Shown here in pieces: positions 12,449-27,600 of a DNA stretch of 64,000 bases. A program made the position numbers and the translations under genes. Position 1 is the stretch's first letter. Every line of letters starts with the position of its first letter. Origin of the DNA: Basidiobolus meristosporus CBS 931.73 (lineage: Eukaryota > Fungi > Basidiobolomycota); assembly GCA_002104905.1 (NCBI GenBank), contig MCFE01000270.1, forward strand, positions 1 through 64,000. Direction: 5' to 3'. The notes under the pieces were generated by a model that worked only from the letters and a program-made list of their open reading frames with translations, had not been told where the DNA came from and did not search any database.

Positions 12449-14324
12449 TGTGGTGGTGTAAAAGTCCAAGGTAGAGATATGTCCAACACTTCTCAAGTGT
12501 TTTGTGTGTGGGGTGTTCACTGGGTGCAATAACCTCTTGCAAAACCTTGCTAGGAATACTTGGGTTTTGTCTCTACACTTAAGTGAAGGGGAATAAAGCC
12601 ATAAGCTTGTCAAGCAAAAACTATTGAGCTATAATCCCCAACTTAGTTGGTGTCTTAACAAAAGTATGTGCTGGGCTCAGTGTCCTTTGAGATGACCATG
12701 TACTAAAGCTTCCAAAGTCAAAATAACTGTAAGCTACACCAGCAGGGACTTGATAAGAATGCAGCTGTGGTAAATAGTTACAAAGACAGAAAAGTATCTT
12801 TGCCAGTACAAGAACAAACTTGGGAAAGAATCAAATATAACAAAAGATACCTGCTCTGAGTATTCTTCACAAGTGGTGCCTCCAAGGTCAGTCAGCTGTC
12901 AGTGTGGTTTCCTGGGAGTGTCCTGTAGTCTGGGGTTGGAATCAGGTAGCAGCAGGTAGCAGTGATCACACTAATGAACAAGTTGGTATATTGATAAAAG
13001 GGATGATGATTATTGTTGAGGGATTGCCTCCCTTACATACTTTTCTCACTGACCAAGCGGTGTGGTAGGGTAAACATACCTTCCACAGACAAGTTTATTC
13101 ATATAGTCATTATGATATACTTATCCATATTTTATCTTATCAGTATTATCCTATTCTTCTTTTGCCCATATGATCAGTATTATCCCCATATGATGTTTAC
13201 CTTGATTAGTTATTAGCATTTGTTATTCCATATGTTATTCAGCTTTGTGATCAGTATATGTATCTACACAAGGCAAGTACCTGCATCAGTACCTGTGACA
13301 TATGACCTAGGTTTGTGTTACCATCCCTATCATTTCAATACCATTTATGGTATTTCTATGTTGCACAGGTTTCAGACTACTGATTCCTGATTGGTTGAAT
13401 GTGCTGTGCCTTTTAGAACCTTCCAGGACATTCTTGGCATATTTTTAGCTCATAGTGATGTCATCAAGAATTCCACTGATACCTAGAATCTTCTAGAACC
13501 TTGTCATTAGTAATCACTTGGCAATCAGGAAAAGTATTTAAGGGAAAGCAATCCCTCATCAATAAATAATCCCTTCTATCAGTAACACTTCTACCTTATT
13601 GATTAGCAGTTGATCACTGCACCTGCCTTCAACAGTACATCTCAGACCTGCCATCAAGGAGCTTTTCAGCGTAGTGCACAAGACACACAGAGGCCTTTGG
13701 AGACACTTGGAGCACCCAGGAAGCTAGAGAAGCAGGAGCTTTTACCGTAGTGACATATTGACCAAGACACCAGCAGTTTAGACACAGAGGTTATTGCACC
13801 CATCAGACACCTGATGCACCTTGAGTTGTGTAGCTTCTCCCAGGAGTACCTCTACACCACCACAGTGGTTACTAATCATGGTGTTCCAGAAGGTTCTGGA
13901 GATCAATAGAAATCTTAATGACATGAGAATGAGCTAAGAATATTCCAAGTAGGTGCCAGAAGGTTCTAAGAGGCACAATGCATCCCACCAATCAGGAATC
14001 TGTACTCTGAGACCTGTGTAACCTAGGGATACCATATATGGTATAAGAATGGTGGGGATGGTGACACAGTTTGGTCATGTATCACAAGTACTGGTGCAGG
14101 TACTTGCCTAATATAGAAGCACTTAAAGCTAGTAATATTACATACAGTAAGGGACAACTTATGCAATTAGGTAAGCAGGTGTGATAGTCAGCCATCTTAT
14201 GGAATAGAACTGATCAAGTATGACAAATGGGATTAAACTAAAATAAGTGTAGTAGAGAAGTAGGGAAGTAGCAAATATGGGAATGAGCACATCTGTCAGT
14301 GGGTGTCACTGTGACCCCATTACA
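12449..14324 (-). mobile_element. Solo LTR, family L (~1.07 kb) containing a nested solo LTR
   Basis: TG...CA, TSD ACAG/ACAG (12445-48, 14325-28). The rejoined flanks match the transposase at 25940-25965. Confidence 0.88.
13061..13864 (+). mobile_element. Solo LTR of an L-related subfamily, nested in the previous LTR
   Basis: TGTGGT...ACCACA termini, TSD GCGG/GTGG. The central part resembles 27320-27560. Confidence 0.8.
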
Positions 14325-16974
14325 ACAGTATTGCTGTTGAATGTGTGAGACCCAGGGGATTTATTCCATAACTCACACACAGTATTACTACCCAAGCTCC
14401 AACACTAAGAAAATCATCTTACCACACAGAGAATGTACAGAAGTCAGCATGTGAATGCAGCAAAGTTAACAAGCTATAAGCCATTGGCCAGAATGTGAAA
14501 TCAATTGGAAACCAGGGATACCTAAGATAGAGGGTGTATGTTGGAGCAAAAACTGTCCACTGGGAGCAATGCATTTGCTTTTCAACAATATCCCTATACT
14601 GATGATCAAGTTGCACATAGGGCATTTCAAACTAAATGAGCCCATCAAGGTACTGGAAAAATTTGAAAGAATTGCCAAGATATTACAGAGTATCTGCTAC
14701 CATAAGTACTTCTTGCAAGCTCCAACCAATATTCTTACGCATATGCAACAATACAAATGCAAAGACTGGATGAACTGGATATGTATTTATTCAAGTAGGG
14801 TTCTGAAGCCATACTACCAAGAGTATATTGGAAGCAATGGGAATCATATATGGACATTGTAGGTATTTTTATCCAGAAGTAGATCACCAATGCCAGCTTA
14901 ACAAATCTACAGCTGTTGTGCAAGGAGTCTGTAATGGGATTTGAGTGGCTATACTATAAACATAATGCTGAACATGTATATCTCTGCTGCTACTGTAGTC
15001 ATTCTCAACTCCATGTTGCTTGGTGTGTGGATAATATTGGGCCTTGCTTCACCTTTTGGGAGTTTCCTATGGGGCATATGTGTGGGGAGATAGGAAGACA
15101 AGTCAAGTTGCTGGTGCTACCATATCCCAATCTCATCAAGAATATTACCTTCAAGTCCATCATGCATGTGATGAGCTGGCAAATGGAGGACAGCCAGGAA
15201 GATTTGCAAAATACTGAGGACAGATGTGCACATGGAGACACCTATGCCTATAGCACTAAGAAGTTAAGCAGCCCCAATGCATGGATAATCAGTTAAGTAA
15301 TGCAAAGTTGGGTTGGGTGTAACAAGCAACTAATTTCTATTAGGAAAGCTCTACCAAGTTATGCCAGATTTCTCATGGTCACAAGCCAACTTCCACACAG
15401 TTCAATATGGGAATCACACAAACAAGAGCCAGAGTGCTCCAATAAGGGGGACTAGAATCCAGCAGTAAAAAGGCTAAATACCATGAAGTACTTTGCGGAT
15501 ATTCAGGAGGTATTCATGGCAGAAGTAGCAACAACCAAGCATATGTTTGCAAGATGAATATGATATCAGCAGTACAAGGTATATGACAACTTTGCAAGTA
15601 TCACACTAAAAAGCAGTAAAGTTGCAATAATAAAAGTATGTCAATTGAGGCAGGTGTGTGCATCTGTAGAGGTAAGTCAGCAGGAGGCCATAGTTTCTTT
15701 GATTTGAACTATATGTGGAATACTCAAGTTAGTAGTGGATAAGCAAATAAAGTGGGGTGCTTCTACAGTGGAATGTATGAATTGCACAAGGGCAGGTAGA
15801 AAAGGAAATGTTATTTGGTAAATTGTTATGGTAGCATTATACAGTACTGGCGCTAGGCTGCCATACAGCCATAATAATGCCATCTGAGACTTGTTGTGAA
15901 GCCATCAAAATCCCATCAAGTTTTTGGCTGTAAAAGGCAACTTGATTTCCTAGCCTGTTAGATCCATTTAAAATAGTTGTAAAGTGAATTGAGACCTCAA
16001 CAATGCCTTGCAATTATTGGCACAGCACCAATCAAGCCCTGCCAAGTTTTATAACTTCATTTGGCAGTAAAATTAGCAAAATGCCATTGTGATCCCATCA
16101 TACAATGTCAAGAGGGTCACTGATTCCAAGTTGTTGGTATTATGACAGTCTTCAAACAGGATGCTGATGGCTGATTTGGATTGGATCCACCCCTGGGACC
16201 AAATTACTCTTCATAGGAACTGACAGACAAAGTAATAACATCAAGAACTCAAAAGGTTATCACAATGCCTTTGGTGGAATTTTGGAACATTAACAGGCAC
16301 ACCAAGAGTTTGCAGCACATATTCAAGAGCAGTGCTTAAGAAAGCAAACTTGAATATTGCAAGTACCAATTGCAAAGACTGGCAGATGAGGTGTTAGACC
16401 TTGCAGTGCTGACTGAAGGCCAGGATGTGTGGGAACCAGTGAATGAACAATGGCATAAAGTTGTAGGGTTCCTGCCAAAGTTGTAGAAACAGAGTGTTAC
16501 AGCAGAACTATTATTGAGTGATGGATCTTAAAGGAGTTACTTGTTGAATGTGGAGTTGGGCTTAATGCTAGTGTAGGGTATAGGGACTTGTATAGGTCAA
16601 TACAATTGGCAATTGAGGTACAACTGAAGTTTCAATGGAAATAAATCTATTTGTATGCATGAAAAGTAAGAGAAGTGGCTGAGTCAGGAAGTAAGGAGTG
16701 TGAAAAAGAGGCAATAGCCAATCAATACACACAAATGTTGGAGATAATAGAGTGTTCATGATCAGAAGTAAGAAAATTGGCAGAGAATCAATCAAAAGCC
16801 ACTTTTGTATTGTTATGATGAAATATTTTGACCAAGTATTTTATGATATCTGGGGTGCATTTATTTTTTGACAATTGTTCCATGGTGTCCTGATAGAATC
16901 AATACCTCTTAGTCATAGGACTTAGAATTTGTGATGGCCTTTTGACAGTATCACCATATTAATTTTTCATAGGG

Positions 16975-19900
16975 ACTCTACTTCCTTTAGAGCTACACCC
17001 AACTATACACAAGACCAATGTTGGACCAGAATTTCTCTGCTAATATTTCAGCCACTCTCAGACAATTCAAGATTCTACACTTAGTTGTCACTGAGGCTCA
17101 GTTAAACCATTCAAGAGCTTTATTGCACTTTCTCTTGGATACAACAATCATATCCATAGTTCTGATTGTGCTGGCTGACAACTCACACTGAATATGAGAT
17201 ATTTGGACATGGCCCAAGCTTAATTTTCATTAAACTGCCATCTATAGTTTGATAAGGAAAGTCAGGGCTTTCAGATAGCACAAAGCTCTCTTGATTTAGT
17301 TGAGCTTTGACCCAGTTAAGGTTTGTCTCCATAGGGGTAGCTGATGTTTTACAGTCTTCCACTTGGTACTACTTTAGTATATCCTGAATATACTTGGATT
17401 GACTTAAGGTGGGCACTTTTGTCTAAGGAGGACTTTAACTTAAAGTGGTAACTGAGTTCTCCTAGATTAGACATCTTAAGCATCTCAGAGAGGCTGGATT
17501 TTGTCTCTTCCATTGTTTTCAGGTTATTTGTGGCTATAATAAGATCATCCCCATATAGAGCTTATAGGGCTGGATTTGCTCTATCTGGCATATGGTTTAC
17601 ACAGTAGTCAGCAGTACTCCTATTGAAGCTCCATGATTCCTAAAAATAATATATTTTTCAATTTTAGGCTCTAAGCAATTATTTTGGGCCATATGCAGAC
17701 TTTTTAAGCTTGCAGACCAGATGGCAGTTATCCTGGTCATCAAGCCCATCAGGCTGGTCTGTGTGTATATACTCATCATTTTCAACATTCATCCATGCAG
17801 TTTCTACATCCATTTGGTGCATAAGAAACTTATATTGGCTGCAATAGCAAATATTAATATGATGGAATTATGCTTGGCTACTGTAGCAAAGGTCCCAGTA
17901 CAGTCAAGTCCTTCTGTTTGAGAGTGGCACTTGACTACAAGACTTGCTTTCTATTGTTTATTTGTATCATTATCCATGTATTTTGTCTTGAAGACCCATC
18001 TGAATCCAATTGATTTTTGGTTAGCTGGTCATTTGACTAAGTCCCAAATATGATTTTGAACCAGGGCCTGAAGCTCCTCAGTGATTACAGGTCTCCAAAA
18101 CTTTGCCTGAGGACAATCTGAGGCCTCTTTTACAGTCTAGGGCTCATCCATGGGGACTGAATAGGCATGGACTGAGTTTTTACCCTCATTATATAGCACT
18201 TTGGGACATTTCAGGTCTGATGGGGTCTCCTGGCTTGTGATACTATAATGATCACTACTGGAATATTCCTGGGCACTGATTCAGGCTGAGCCAAGGTTTT
18301 GGACGTCCCTGGAGTCAGAAAGCTGCATTGTTTTGCTCTGGAGCAATCCTGACTTTTGGTAGACCTGAGATCAGATTTTTGTCATCATCTAATATCATTT
18401 TTTGAAAGATTTTGAATTATCATCAAACATTATATTGATGGAGTGGTTCAGCCACTTTTCTATAGTACTGAGGAGTCTGTTTGCTTGACTCTCTTTGTAG
18501 TAGCCCAGAAATATACATTTTATACTTATTGGCTCAAATCTTGACAGGTTTCCAGACAGTTTCCTGGCATATGCTGTGCTCCCAAATATTCTTATACTAT
18601 ATCCATACAATGCCTCAAGTAGAGTAGAGTCCAAAATACTCTATTAGAGTTCTTATTTTCAAGATATTCAGCTATGGCAATTGATTCTGCATAAGAATTG
18701 TACAAATATTCTTAATCATGGATCATAGATCTTGCTGTATCCACAATTGATCAATTTGCATGTTCTGCTACTTCACTCTTTTGTGGGGAGTACAGCAAAG
18801 TAGTCTCTAGCTTTATCCCATGAATTTTGCAGCAGTAAATGAGGAGTTTTGCGGTGTATTCACTACCATTGTCAGTGTGTTTTTTCTTAATTTTTTCACC
18901 AGTTTCTCTCTCTACCATGGCTTTATGCTCCCTGAGCTTAGATTGAGGCTGTTACTTCCTTTCCATGAGGTAGACCTTCATGTATTGTACATAACCATCA
19001 ACAAAAGTGATTAAATACCTCATCCTACCCATGGATAAACTTTGAATTGGTATACACAGATCTGTGTGAGCTGAATCTACTTATTTCTTAGTTATAGTTA
19101 GCCCAAAGCTCTTGAGCAGTTGTCTGGCTTGTTTCCCATATACAGAGACTTCACAGTGCTGCAACTGGCAGGGAGAGCAGCTTTTACTTTGCATATCAGC
19201 TGATCATAGAGCATTTTGCACATAAAATGAAAAGTGATGTGTCCAACTCTGCTATACTAAAGCATTGGTGCTTCTTCATTTCAGTTGCTTGTACTGGCTT
19301 CCAGATATGATTGAATAGAAGTCAACTTGTATAGATTCTGAGCTGTGATACCCAGAGCATTATGGGCACCATTAGATCAGTAATTTTACATATAGAATGT
19401 AAAAGCTGAAACTGAGTTCTTCTGCAGCAGCCTTGCTTACAAATATTAGGTTCTTGGCTATTTCTGTTACATAAAATACTTCTTCAAGGTAAGTATGTGG
19501 ATTCCTCAACTGCTTCTAAGGTTTACAGAGAAAGTTCCATCTCCAAATGCATTAGGTGCTCTATTGTCACCCATGAAACCTTCTTGACTAGAATTTTTTG
19601 CTAGTGGGTAAAAAGTTCACCTTGGTGTGTAAAGTGTTGAGATGCTCCAGTATTGGTATACTATATCTGAGATTCCTTGTTTGTAGTCATATTTAGTGCA
19701 GATTTGTATAGTCTGTCTTCAGTTGCGCAGCATTGCCATACTCAAGCTTTTTCTGCTGATAATCTCTCTTTTTGAGGCACTATACTGATGTGCCCTTTCC
19801 TTTTGCAGTAGCTGCAAAACAAGTTGTTACTTCCTTTTAAGGGTCTTGAGTGCCTCTTTTGTTGATGATCATTGATTACTAAATCATCTTCCTCTTCCTT

Positions 19901-20865
19901 CTTGCTAGTGCTTGATTTTCTTAATTCTTCATTTAAGTGCCTTTCCTTAACATAATCTACAGTCAAATCTTCAGTTCTGGATGCTGGAGTGGATACAGGA
20001 CACTGAAACTTGTCTTTCAGGTTATTCAGGATGGTAAATACTGCATTCTCATCAGTAGTTAGTATGCCCACATATTCCATCTCATCCACCAGCAGGGTTA
20101 TTCCTTTAGATTCTTTATTGCTTTTCCTGGCTGAATCTTTGTAGTAAATGATTTTGTCTAAGATACATTTTCTTAGCTGCTGGACATGGCTGATTGGTGT
20201 CTCCTAATGCCTTCCCTGCATTCTTTGCAGTTTTTGCTCTTGAGCATCAAATGAGCAATTTGTCTTAAACATAAAGCCATATGCAGTTAAAGGCACTTTG
20301 TTCTTTCTTCTGGTATTTCAAGGCTACCTCTGCCACATCTTTGGGAAGGCACTTTTTTCCCATGACAATATCCCAAAGGCCTCTTTCTTGTAGCTGCATC
20401 TTCATCTTCACCTTCCACACTTGGTAATTGTATCCATCCAACTTTTCAGCAGAGGGAAAAGATCCATTAATAGCAGAAGTAGACACTGCAGAGTGTGACA
20501 GCTTAGAGCTCATAATCTGTTATAAAAGTATCAGAGATACTGCAAGTTATTGGGAAAACAAGTAGATTATGTTGTTTTCACTTAGTGATTGATTAATTGT
20601 AAGCATAGTGTTTGTATGTTTATATGATCTTAGCCAGACAAAAATCTTGAGTAAGTTTTGGGAGGTCCCAAGAACATGTGTGTAAAGTTTGGGGCTGTTA
20701 GGTTAACTTTGAGAATCTTCATGTTCTGGGTATTTGAAATTTTGGCAAAATATTCAAAGTAAGTCCCAACAAGGAATTTGGTCAGTATCCTCTAGAATTT
20801 GTAGGTAATGATCTAAGTGGCTAAGCTACACAAATATTTAGGTGGAATCACAAATTTCTACAACA
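16975..20865 (-). mobile_element. Copia-1 copy 2 (5' LTR 20518-20865, decayed PBS, gag-pol to RT), interrupted by CACTA copy H
   Basis: LTR homologous to 1032-1378. ORFs 20265-20513 and 19742-20089 match copy 1 gag. RT motifs are on the minus strand at 17400-18100. Confidence 0.88.
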
Positions 20866-22564
20866 CCAACTATCAAGTATAGAGGGTGGACATGAAGATA
20901 CTACAATAGAAATGAGGCCTTTTGGATAATGTCATGGGAAAAGAAAACCTTCCTAAGAATATGGGAGCAGAAGCTCTGAAGTAACAGAAGAAACAACATA
21001 GTGCCTTTAACTACATCTGGCATAATGCTAAAGACAAGTTGCCAATTCAATGCTCAAGTACAAAAACAGCTAAGAATGCCTTAAAAGCATTTGAATGCAC
21101 TTATCAGTCATGTTTGGCTGCCAAGAGAATGCATCCTAAGTAAAGATTCTTTACTACAAAGGCGCTGTAAGGAGAAGAAATAGAAAATCTAATTGACAGA
21201 ATTGCCCTGCTTGTGGATGATATGGAATAAATGGGCACACTAGCTACTGATGAGGATGAGATAGTTATCATCCTGAACAGCCTGGCAGACAGGTTTCAGG
21301 GCCTTATATTAGTCTTAGAGTCTGGAACTGAAGACTTCACCTTAAGCAATTCATGTGGAAAGCTCCTGGATAAAAAATTCAGAAAATCAAGCCTTGTTAA
21401 GAAGGAAGGGGAGATTGCTTTAATAGGCATTGATAATCAGCAAAGGTGATGCTGAGATTCCTTGAAGGCAATAGCAACCAGCTTGGTAACTTCTATAAAA
21501 GGAAAGGACACACATCAGGCCAGTGCATTAAAAAGAGAGATAATTAGCTGAAAAAGCTTGAATATGGAAATTCTGCAGCAACTGAAAAGAGACTCTTCAT
21601 ATCTGCACTAAGTATGACAACACACAAGGAATCTCAGATAAAATATACCGGTACTGGAGCATCTCAACACATGACACTCTAGGTGAGCATTTTACCCATT
21701 TTCAAAAGGCTCCTACCAAAAGGGTTTTCATTGAAGACAATAGAGCACCTGATGCAATTGGAAATGGAACTTACTCTGTAAACATTAGAAGAAGTTGAGG
21801 AATCCACATACTTACCTTGAAAAGTACTTTATGTAACAGAAATAGCCCAGAACCTGATATTTGCAAGCAAGGCTGCTGGAGAAGAACTCAGTTTAAGCTT
21901 TAACATTCTGTATGAAGGATCACTGAACACAATGGTGCCCAAATTGCTTTGGGTATCAGAGCCCAGAATCAATGCAAGCTGACATATATTCCATCATATC
22001 TGGGAGCTAATATAAGTAACTTAAATGAGTAAACACTAATGTTTTGGCATAGAAGAGTTTGAAACATCAATTTCCATACCCTACAAAAAATTATTGAGAT
22101 GATCCTGTCAAAAGGCCATCACAAAGTGAAAGTTCCATGACTAAGAGGTACTGATCTTGTCAGGACACTGTCCAGAGACTGTTGAAAAATAACTGCACCC
22201 TAGATTTCACAAAACACTTGGTCAGAATTTTTCATCACAACAATGTGTAAATGGTTTTAGATTGGTTCCCTGCCAATTCACTTACTTTCTGATCCTGGAC
22301 ACTCTATCACCTCCTACATTTAAGTGAATTGATTGGCTATTGCCTCTTTTTCACACTCCTTATTTCCTGACTCAACTGTATGTCTTACTTTTCATGTGTG
22401 CAAATTGATTTATTTCTGTTGAAACTTCAGTTGTACCTCTATTGCCAATTGTATTGACCTATACAAGTGTATATACCCTACACTAATATTAAGCCCAACC
22501 CCACACTCAACAAGTAACTCCATTAAAATCCACCTCTCATAAGTATTTCTGCTGTAATGCTCTG

Positions 22565-24508
22565 GTTCCATGACTTTGGTGGGAGCCCAACAGCTTAATG
22601 CCACTGTTCATTCACTGGTTTCCACACATCCTGGTCTTCAACTAGCACTGCAAGGTCTATCTCCTCATCTGCCAGTCTTTGCAATTAGTACTTGCAATAT
22701 TCAAGTTTGCTTTCTTAAGCACTGCTCTTGGAGAAGAGCTGCAACCTCTTGGTGTGCTTATTGATGTTCCAAACTCCACTGAAGACATTGTGATAGTCTT
22801 TCAAGCTCTTGATGTTGTAGCCTTGTCTGTCAGTGGGATCTCCACTATGTCAACAACGGTGGCTGTCAAGGCTGTGGGTGCTGTGGTAGACAAATTGCCT
22901 TTTACAGCAAGCTCATCTACTTTGCTGGAGTGTAGCTCAACTGGCTGAGCTTCCAACTTACGCAAAAACAGCTGTTATCTTGTTGGTAATTCTTCTTGGC
23001 TATGATGGGATTCAGTCTGTTCCTGGCTTGAGGTGTTAATTGGCAAGAACTGTAGTTTTTTTGCATGCCTCCCTGTCTCAGGCATGGGTAGACATTATTC
23101 CCTTTACCTTTTCCTTTGTCACTGCCAGGTCTTTGACTGGTACTTTGTCTGAGTGCTTCTTGTAAAGAACTACATGTTCTCCTGGATATATTCTGCTCTG
23201 ACGCAACTACTTTGGCCTGCTTTTCTCTTGCTGGCACTCTTCTGACAACCTGATGTTTCTTTTCAGCTTGTTTTGAGCTCTTGACCGTAGTTGTGACAGG
23301 CTCCTATAAAAGCGGCTGGTTTTATCACTGCCAGGTCCTTCACTACTGCATTGACTGGGTGCTTCTTAAGTTGTGCTACACCTTTTCCTTGATAAATGTT
23401 GTGCTGGTGCATCCATGTCTGCCTGCTTGTCTCTAACTGGCACTCTTCCGGCTGCCTGATGTCTCTTTAATGCTTGTCTGGAGCTTTTGGCCATGCTTGT
23501 GACAGGCTCTTGAGGAAGCCACTGGTTTATAGCCATGGCACACTTGTTCTTCTGCCTTTGATAGTTTCTGCTATTTCTGAGATACTTTCTTAGCATACCA
23601 ATGCTGGCCCAAAATATGTTTGCCCATTTGAATCCAGAATAATGCTTATTGAACAAATCAAGTGCATTCTGCTTGGCCTTGACTTCCTAATGGTCCCATG
23701 GTATGCTGGCCTTAAGGTGATGGCATGCTAGACTTCTGACAGCCTCTTGTATATTGACCCACTCTTCATTATTGTACTCAATGGCTTCACAGATCTTCAA
23801 TGTCTTTTGATTTTTAGGCTTTGGTATCAACACCACATTGTCTCCCTCCCATGCTGTGATAGGTTTTTCTGTGGGCTTTATCTTTGGGCACTGTTGTTGT
23901 GCTTCAAAGACTGTACAGTGCTCCTCTGCTGTTACATCAGAAAATGGCTCAATTCTTGGCTGTGACATTGAGCTACCTGAGTTCCTTCTTTGCAGCAAAG
24001 ATACTGCTTTCTCTACCTGGGATATTGATTGCTCTACATGCAGTACTGGCTCATCCTGCTTCTGTACTATTTCCTGATTTCTCTGGGCCATTGCATCTAT
24101 CCTATCAGTCACTGCACCTAATTGCTTCATCAATGCTTTGGTATGAGCTGACAACATACTTGCTAATATGGGTGGTGGTGATGTTTTCATGGCCACTTGC
24201 TGATCTTCATCTGGGGGTACTGCATTTGCTACATTCTCATCTGCCTGAGCATAACAGTCAGCTTGTGGCTCTGCAGAGGTTCTCATTTGCCTACTTGACT
24301 GAGAGCCTGAGGAGTCTGCATTATTACCTTCAATGGGCACACTGTCCACAGGGCCTTTTTGGGATGTAGCCCCACTTGTTGCACTGAATGTCAAAGCAAG
24401 CTGTTGTCCAAATGTTCTTTGGTTGCTGTCAGCGGTGGGGTTTGGTTGAGAACCAGACAACATTGCTTTATTTTTTGGCAGCATATATATGGAAGTGAGT
24501 AAAACCAA
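22565..24508 (-). pseudogene. CACTA accessory ORF2 (unknown protein, about 640 codons reconstructed)
   Basis: ORF pieces 23687-24508, 23366-23656, 22917-23237 plus 3' remnant. Collinear with 62146-64000. Confidence 0.8.
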
Positions 24509-24649
24509 AGAGGAAATAGTGCTACATATACGTGTTTATGTGGTCCACAACTTTATTTATAATGCTTACTAGGGCAGGTTATCATTGAATCTTACGTTCA
24601 TGTAGGTGTGATGTCTTAGATAGAAGACTGTCTTAAGTTCACATGTGTA

Positions 24650-27600
24650 TTGACCAAAAAGTGGTATAGTAGTGTTACACTGTTGAAGGTCAAGTTGTTT
24701 GCCCCATGGACAAGTACTTTGACTCAATGCCACAAGAGAAGAGAAAAAAGACCATGTGGCTATTGTGGCAGGCCTCTCAGCCATAAAGCATGCAGACAGC
24801 ATAGGAAGTATTACAAGGATCATGGCCAGTGTTTTGCCACACAAGTCATATTTGACCATTCATTGGTCACTACTGTACCAACATTATCCAGCCAGCCAGT
24901 TGATACTTCTATATTGGCACCTGGCCCTCTTTGTCACCTTGCGCAAGCTTAGTTAGGTGAGTTTGTGATGCCTTTAGGCTCACCTCAGCCTTATGAATAT
25001 GGCATGCAGAGTGATAGCTCTGACAAAGAAGGTTCACTGATGGATTTTGAGCCTATCTCCCCCAATGACAGTACCATGTATGAGCCCGGTCAAATCCCTA
25101 TTTGCAATGAGACAACACCTGTTGAAGCAAATGCCAAGTGATCCCAGTAATCCATTTACTGGTGAATGATGTAATGTTGTGGCTAGAGAAGTGGCGCATT
25201 TCCACTAATATCAGTAATGGGGGCTTTGAGGATTTATTACTACTTCTTGCCAAAATCATACTGGGATGCAACTTACCATGGACATAGTACAAGTGGACAA
25301 CCATCATGTGGCCAGCAACATACATTCCAGACACTGTCCTGATTCCTGAATGTATTAACAGTTGCATGGCATTCATGTTCCAAAAATGCTACCATTGCAA
25401 CATGTCCAAATTGTCAGGAGTCTACCACCATTGAGGGAAAACAATGTTGACACTCTGGATATATCCTGATCATACCCTGCCTGAGGAACCTCATGCAGTC
25501 CAACAAATATTGCAAAGCTATACAGTGCTGCACTCAGTATCAATCAAGCGCAGACATATCCAATATATTTGATGGCAAACATTACAAACAGCTAAGAAGT
25601 AAGGGCTACTTTGAAGGTATGTATGACCAAGCCTTTGCTTTAGCACTTGATGGATTCTCATTAAACAAGTACTCTACTAGTAAATCCTGATGGCCAATGA
25701 TTCTCATTGATCTGAATCTGCCACCCATCTTACAGTATCAGAGCAATAATCCAATGGTAGTCTCACTGGTATCTGGGCCTAAATCACCATGCCATCTGGA
25801 TAACTACCTGTATCCATTGCTGGATGAATTGTGTATGCTCTCCAGCAGGACAATGGTAAATGGCCATCATGTAAAAGTGCATATTATTATCTGCATTGGA
25901 CATGCCCCAGCCATCAGCAAGATAGCAGGTTTTTTCAGGCACAATACACGGTATTGCTGTCTAATGTGTGAGATCCAGTGGATTTACTCCATAACTCACA
26001 CACATTATTATTACCCAAACACCAGCTCTAAGAACATCATCTTCCCACAGAGTGATTGTACAGAAGTAAGCATGCCATTGCAGCAAAGTTGGCAAGCTAT
26101 AAGCCATTGGCCAGAATATGGAATCAATTGAAAACTGGAGGTACTTCAGATAGAGGGTATCTGTTATGACAAAAGCTTTTCACTGGGAGCAATGCATTTG
26201 CTTTTCAACAATATCCTTATACTGATGACCAAGTTGTACATGGGGCATTTCAAGCTAAATGGGCCTTTGAGATACCAGAGAAATATGAAGGAATTGGCAA
26301 GATATTACAGAGTTTCTGCTACCCTAAGTATTTCTCACAGGCTCAATTAATATTCATACCCATATGCAACAATACAAATGCAAAGACTGGACAAACTGGA
26401 TATGTATTTACTCAAGTGGTGTTCTGAAGCCATTCCTACCAAGAGTACATTGGAAGCATTGGGAGTCATATGTGGACATTGTTGGAATATTTATCCAGAA
26501 GCGGATCACCAATGCCAACTTGATGCATTTACAGCTGTTGTGTGAGGAGTTTGTAACAGGATTTGAGTGGCTATACTACAAACATAAAGCTGAACATGTC
26601 AATCTCTGCCACTACTGTATCCATTCTCTACTGCATTTTGAATGGTGTGTAGAGAATATTGGGCCTTGCTTCAACTTTTGGGAGTTTCCTATGGAGCTGA
26701 TGTGTGGGGAGATAGGAAGACAAGTCAAGTTGCCGGTACAACCATATCGCAATCTCATCAAGAATATTACCTTCAAGTCTGTCATGGATGTGATGAGTTG
26801 GCACATGGAGGACAGCCAGAAAGTGTTGGAAAATACTGAGAACAAGTGTGGACATGGAGACACCTATGCCTATGGCATTAAGAAGCTAAGCAGCCCCAAT
26901 GTGTGGGTAATCAGTTAAGTAATGCAAAGTTGGGTTGGGTGCAACAAGTAACTAATTTTAATCAGGAAAACTCCGCCAAGATATGCCAGATATCTTGTGG
27001 TCACAAGCTAACTTCTACACCATTCAAAACAGAATTCACACAAACAAAAGCCAGTGCACTGTAGTGGGGTGACAGTGACACCTACTGATAGATGTGCTCA
27101 TTTCCATATTTTCTACTTCCCTATATCTCTACTACACTTATTTTAATTTTACCCCACTTGTCTTACCTGATCTGTACTATCCCATAAGCCACTTGACAAT
27201 CACACCTGCTTACCTTATTGCATAAGTTACCCCTTGCTTTATGTAAGATTACTAGCTATAAGTGCTTCTATATTAAACAAGTACCCATGCCATTACCTGT
27301 ACCACATGGTCAACCTGTCTCACCATCCCTACCATTTCCATACCTATATGGTATCCCTATGTTACACAGGTTTCAGAATACTGATTCCTCATTGGTTGGA
27401 TGTGCTGTTCCTCTTAGAACCTTCCAGCACCTACTTAGAACATTCTTAGGTCATTTGGATGTCATTAAGATTTCTATTGATATCTGAAATCTTCTGGAAC
27501 ACCATGATTAGTAATCACTTAGCTAGTAAGAAAAGTATATAAGGGAGGCTATCCCTCAACAATAAATCATTATCACTTTCATCAATATACCAACTTGTTG

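Larger units (their letters stand above)
11590..15880 (+). pseudogene. CACTA/En-Spm transposase (Transposase_21/tnp2-like core plus DUF4218-like C-terminus), split by solo LTRs
   Basis: DGKHYKQL...FALALDGF, WPLILINLNLPP, GPK, PLLDE, GDTPAISKIAG, then LHVAWCVDNIGPCFTFWEFPM...CGEIGRQVK. Confidence 0.85.
9309..16218. mobile_element. CACTA family copy A, both termini, 3-bp TSD ACT, inserted in ORF2 of copy H
   Basis: Left CCCTATGAGAAATT, right ...CTCTTCATAGGA. ACT at 9306-9308 and 16219-16221. The rejoined host matches 63775-63795. Confidence 0.88.
703..16974 (+). mobile_element. CACTA family copy H (host; pieces 703-1031, 9110-9308, 16219-16974), ORF2 3' part plus one terminus
   Basis: The pieces join into a sequence collinear with ORF2 at 63030-64000. 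Terminus ...AATTTTTCATAGGG at 16974 (rc CCCTATGAAAAATT). The other end is outside the window. Confidence 0.8.

Noticed and set aside
16975-17115. Distinct insertion next to the CACTA-H terminus
   Set aside because: About 140 bp does not align by eye to Copia copy 1, but has no termini, TSD or second copy, so it is left unassigned.
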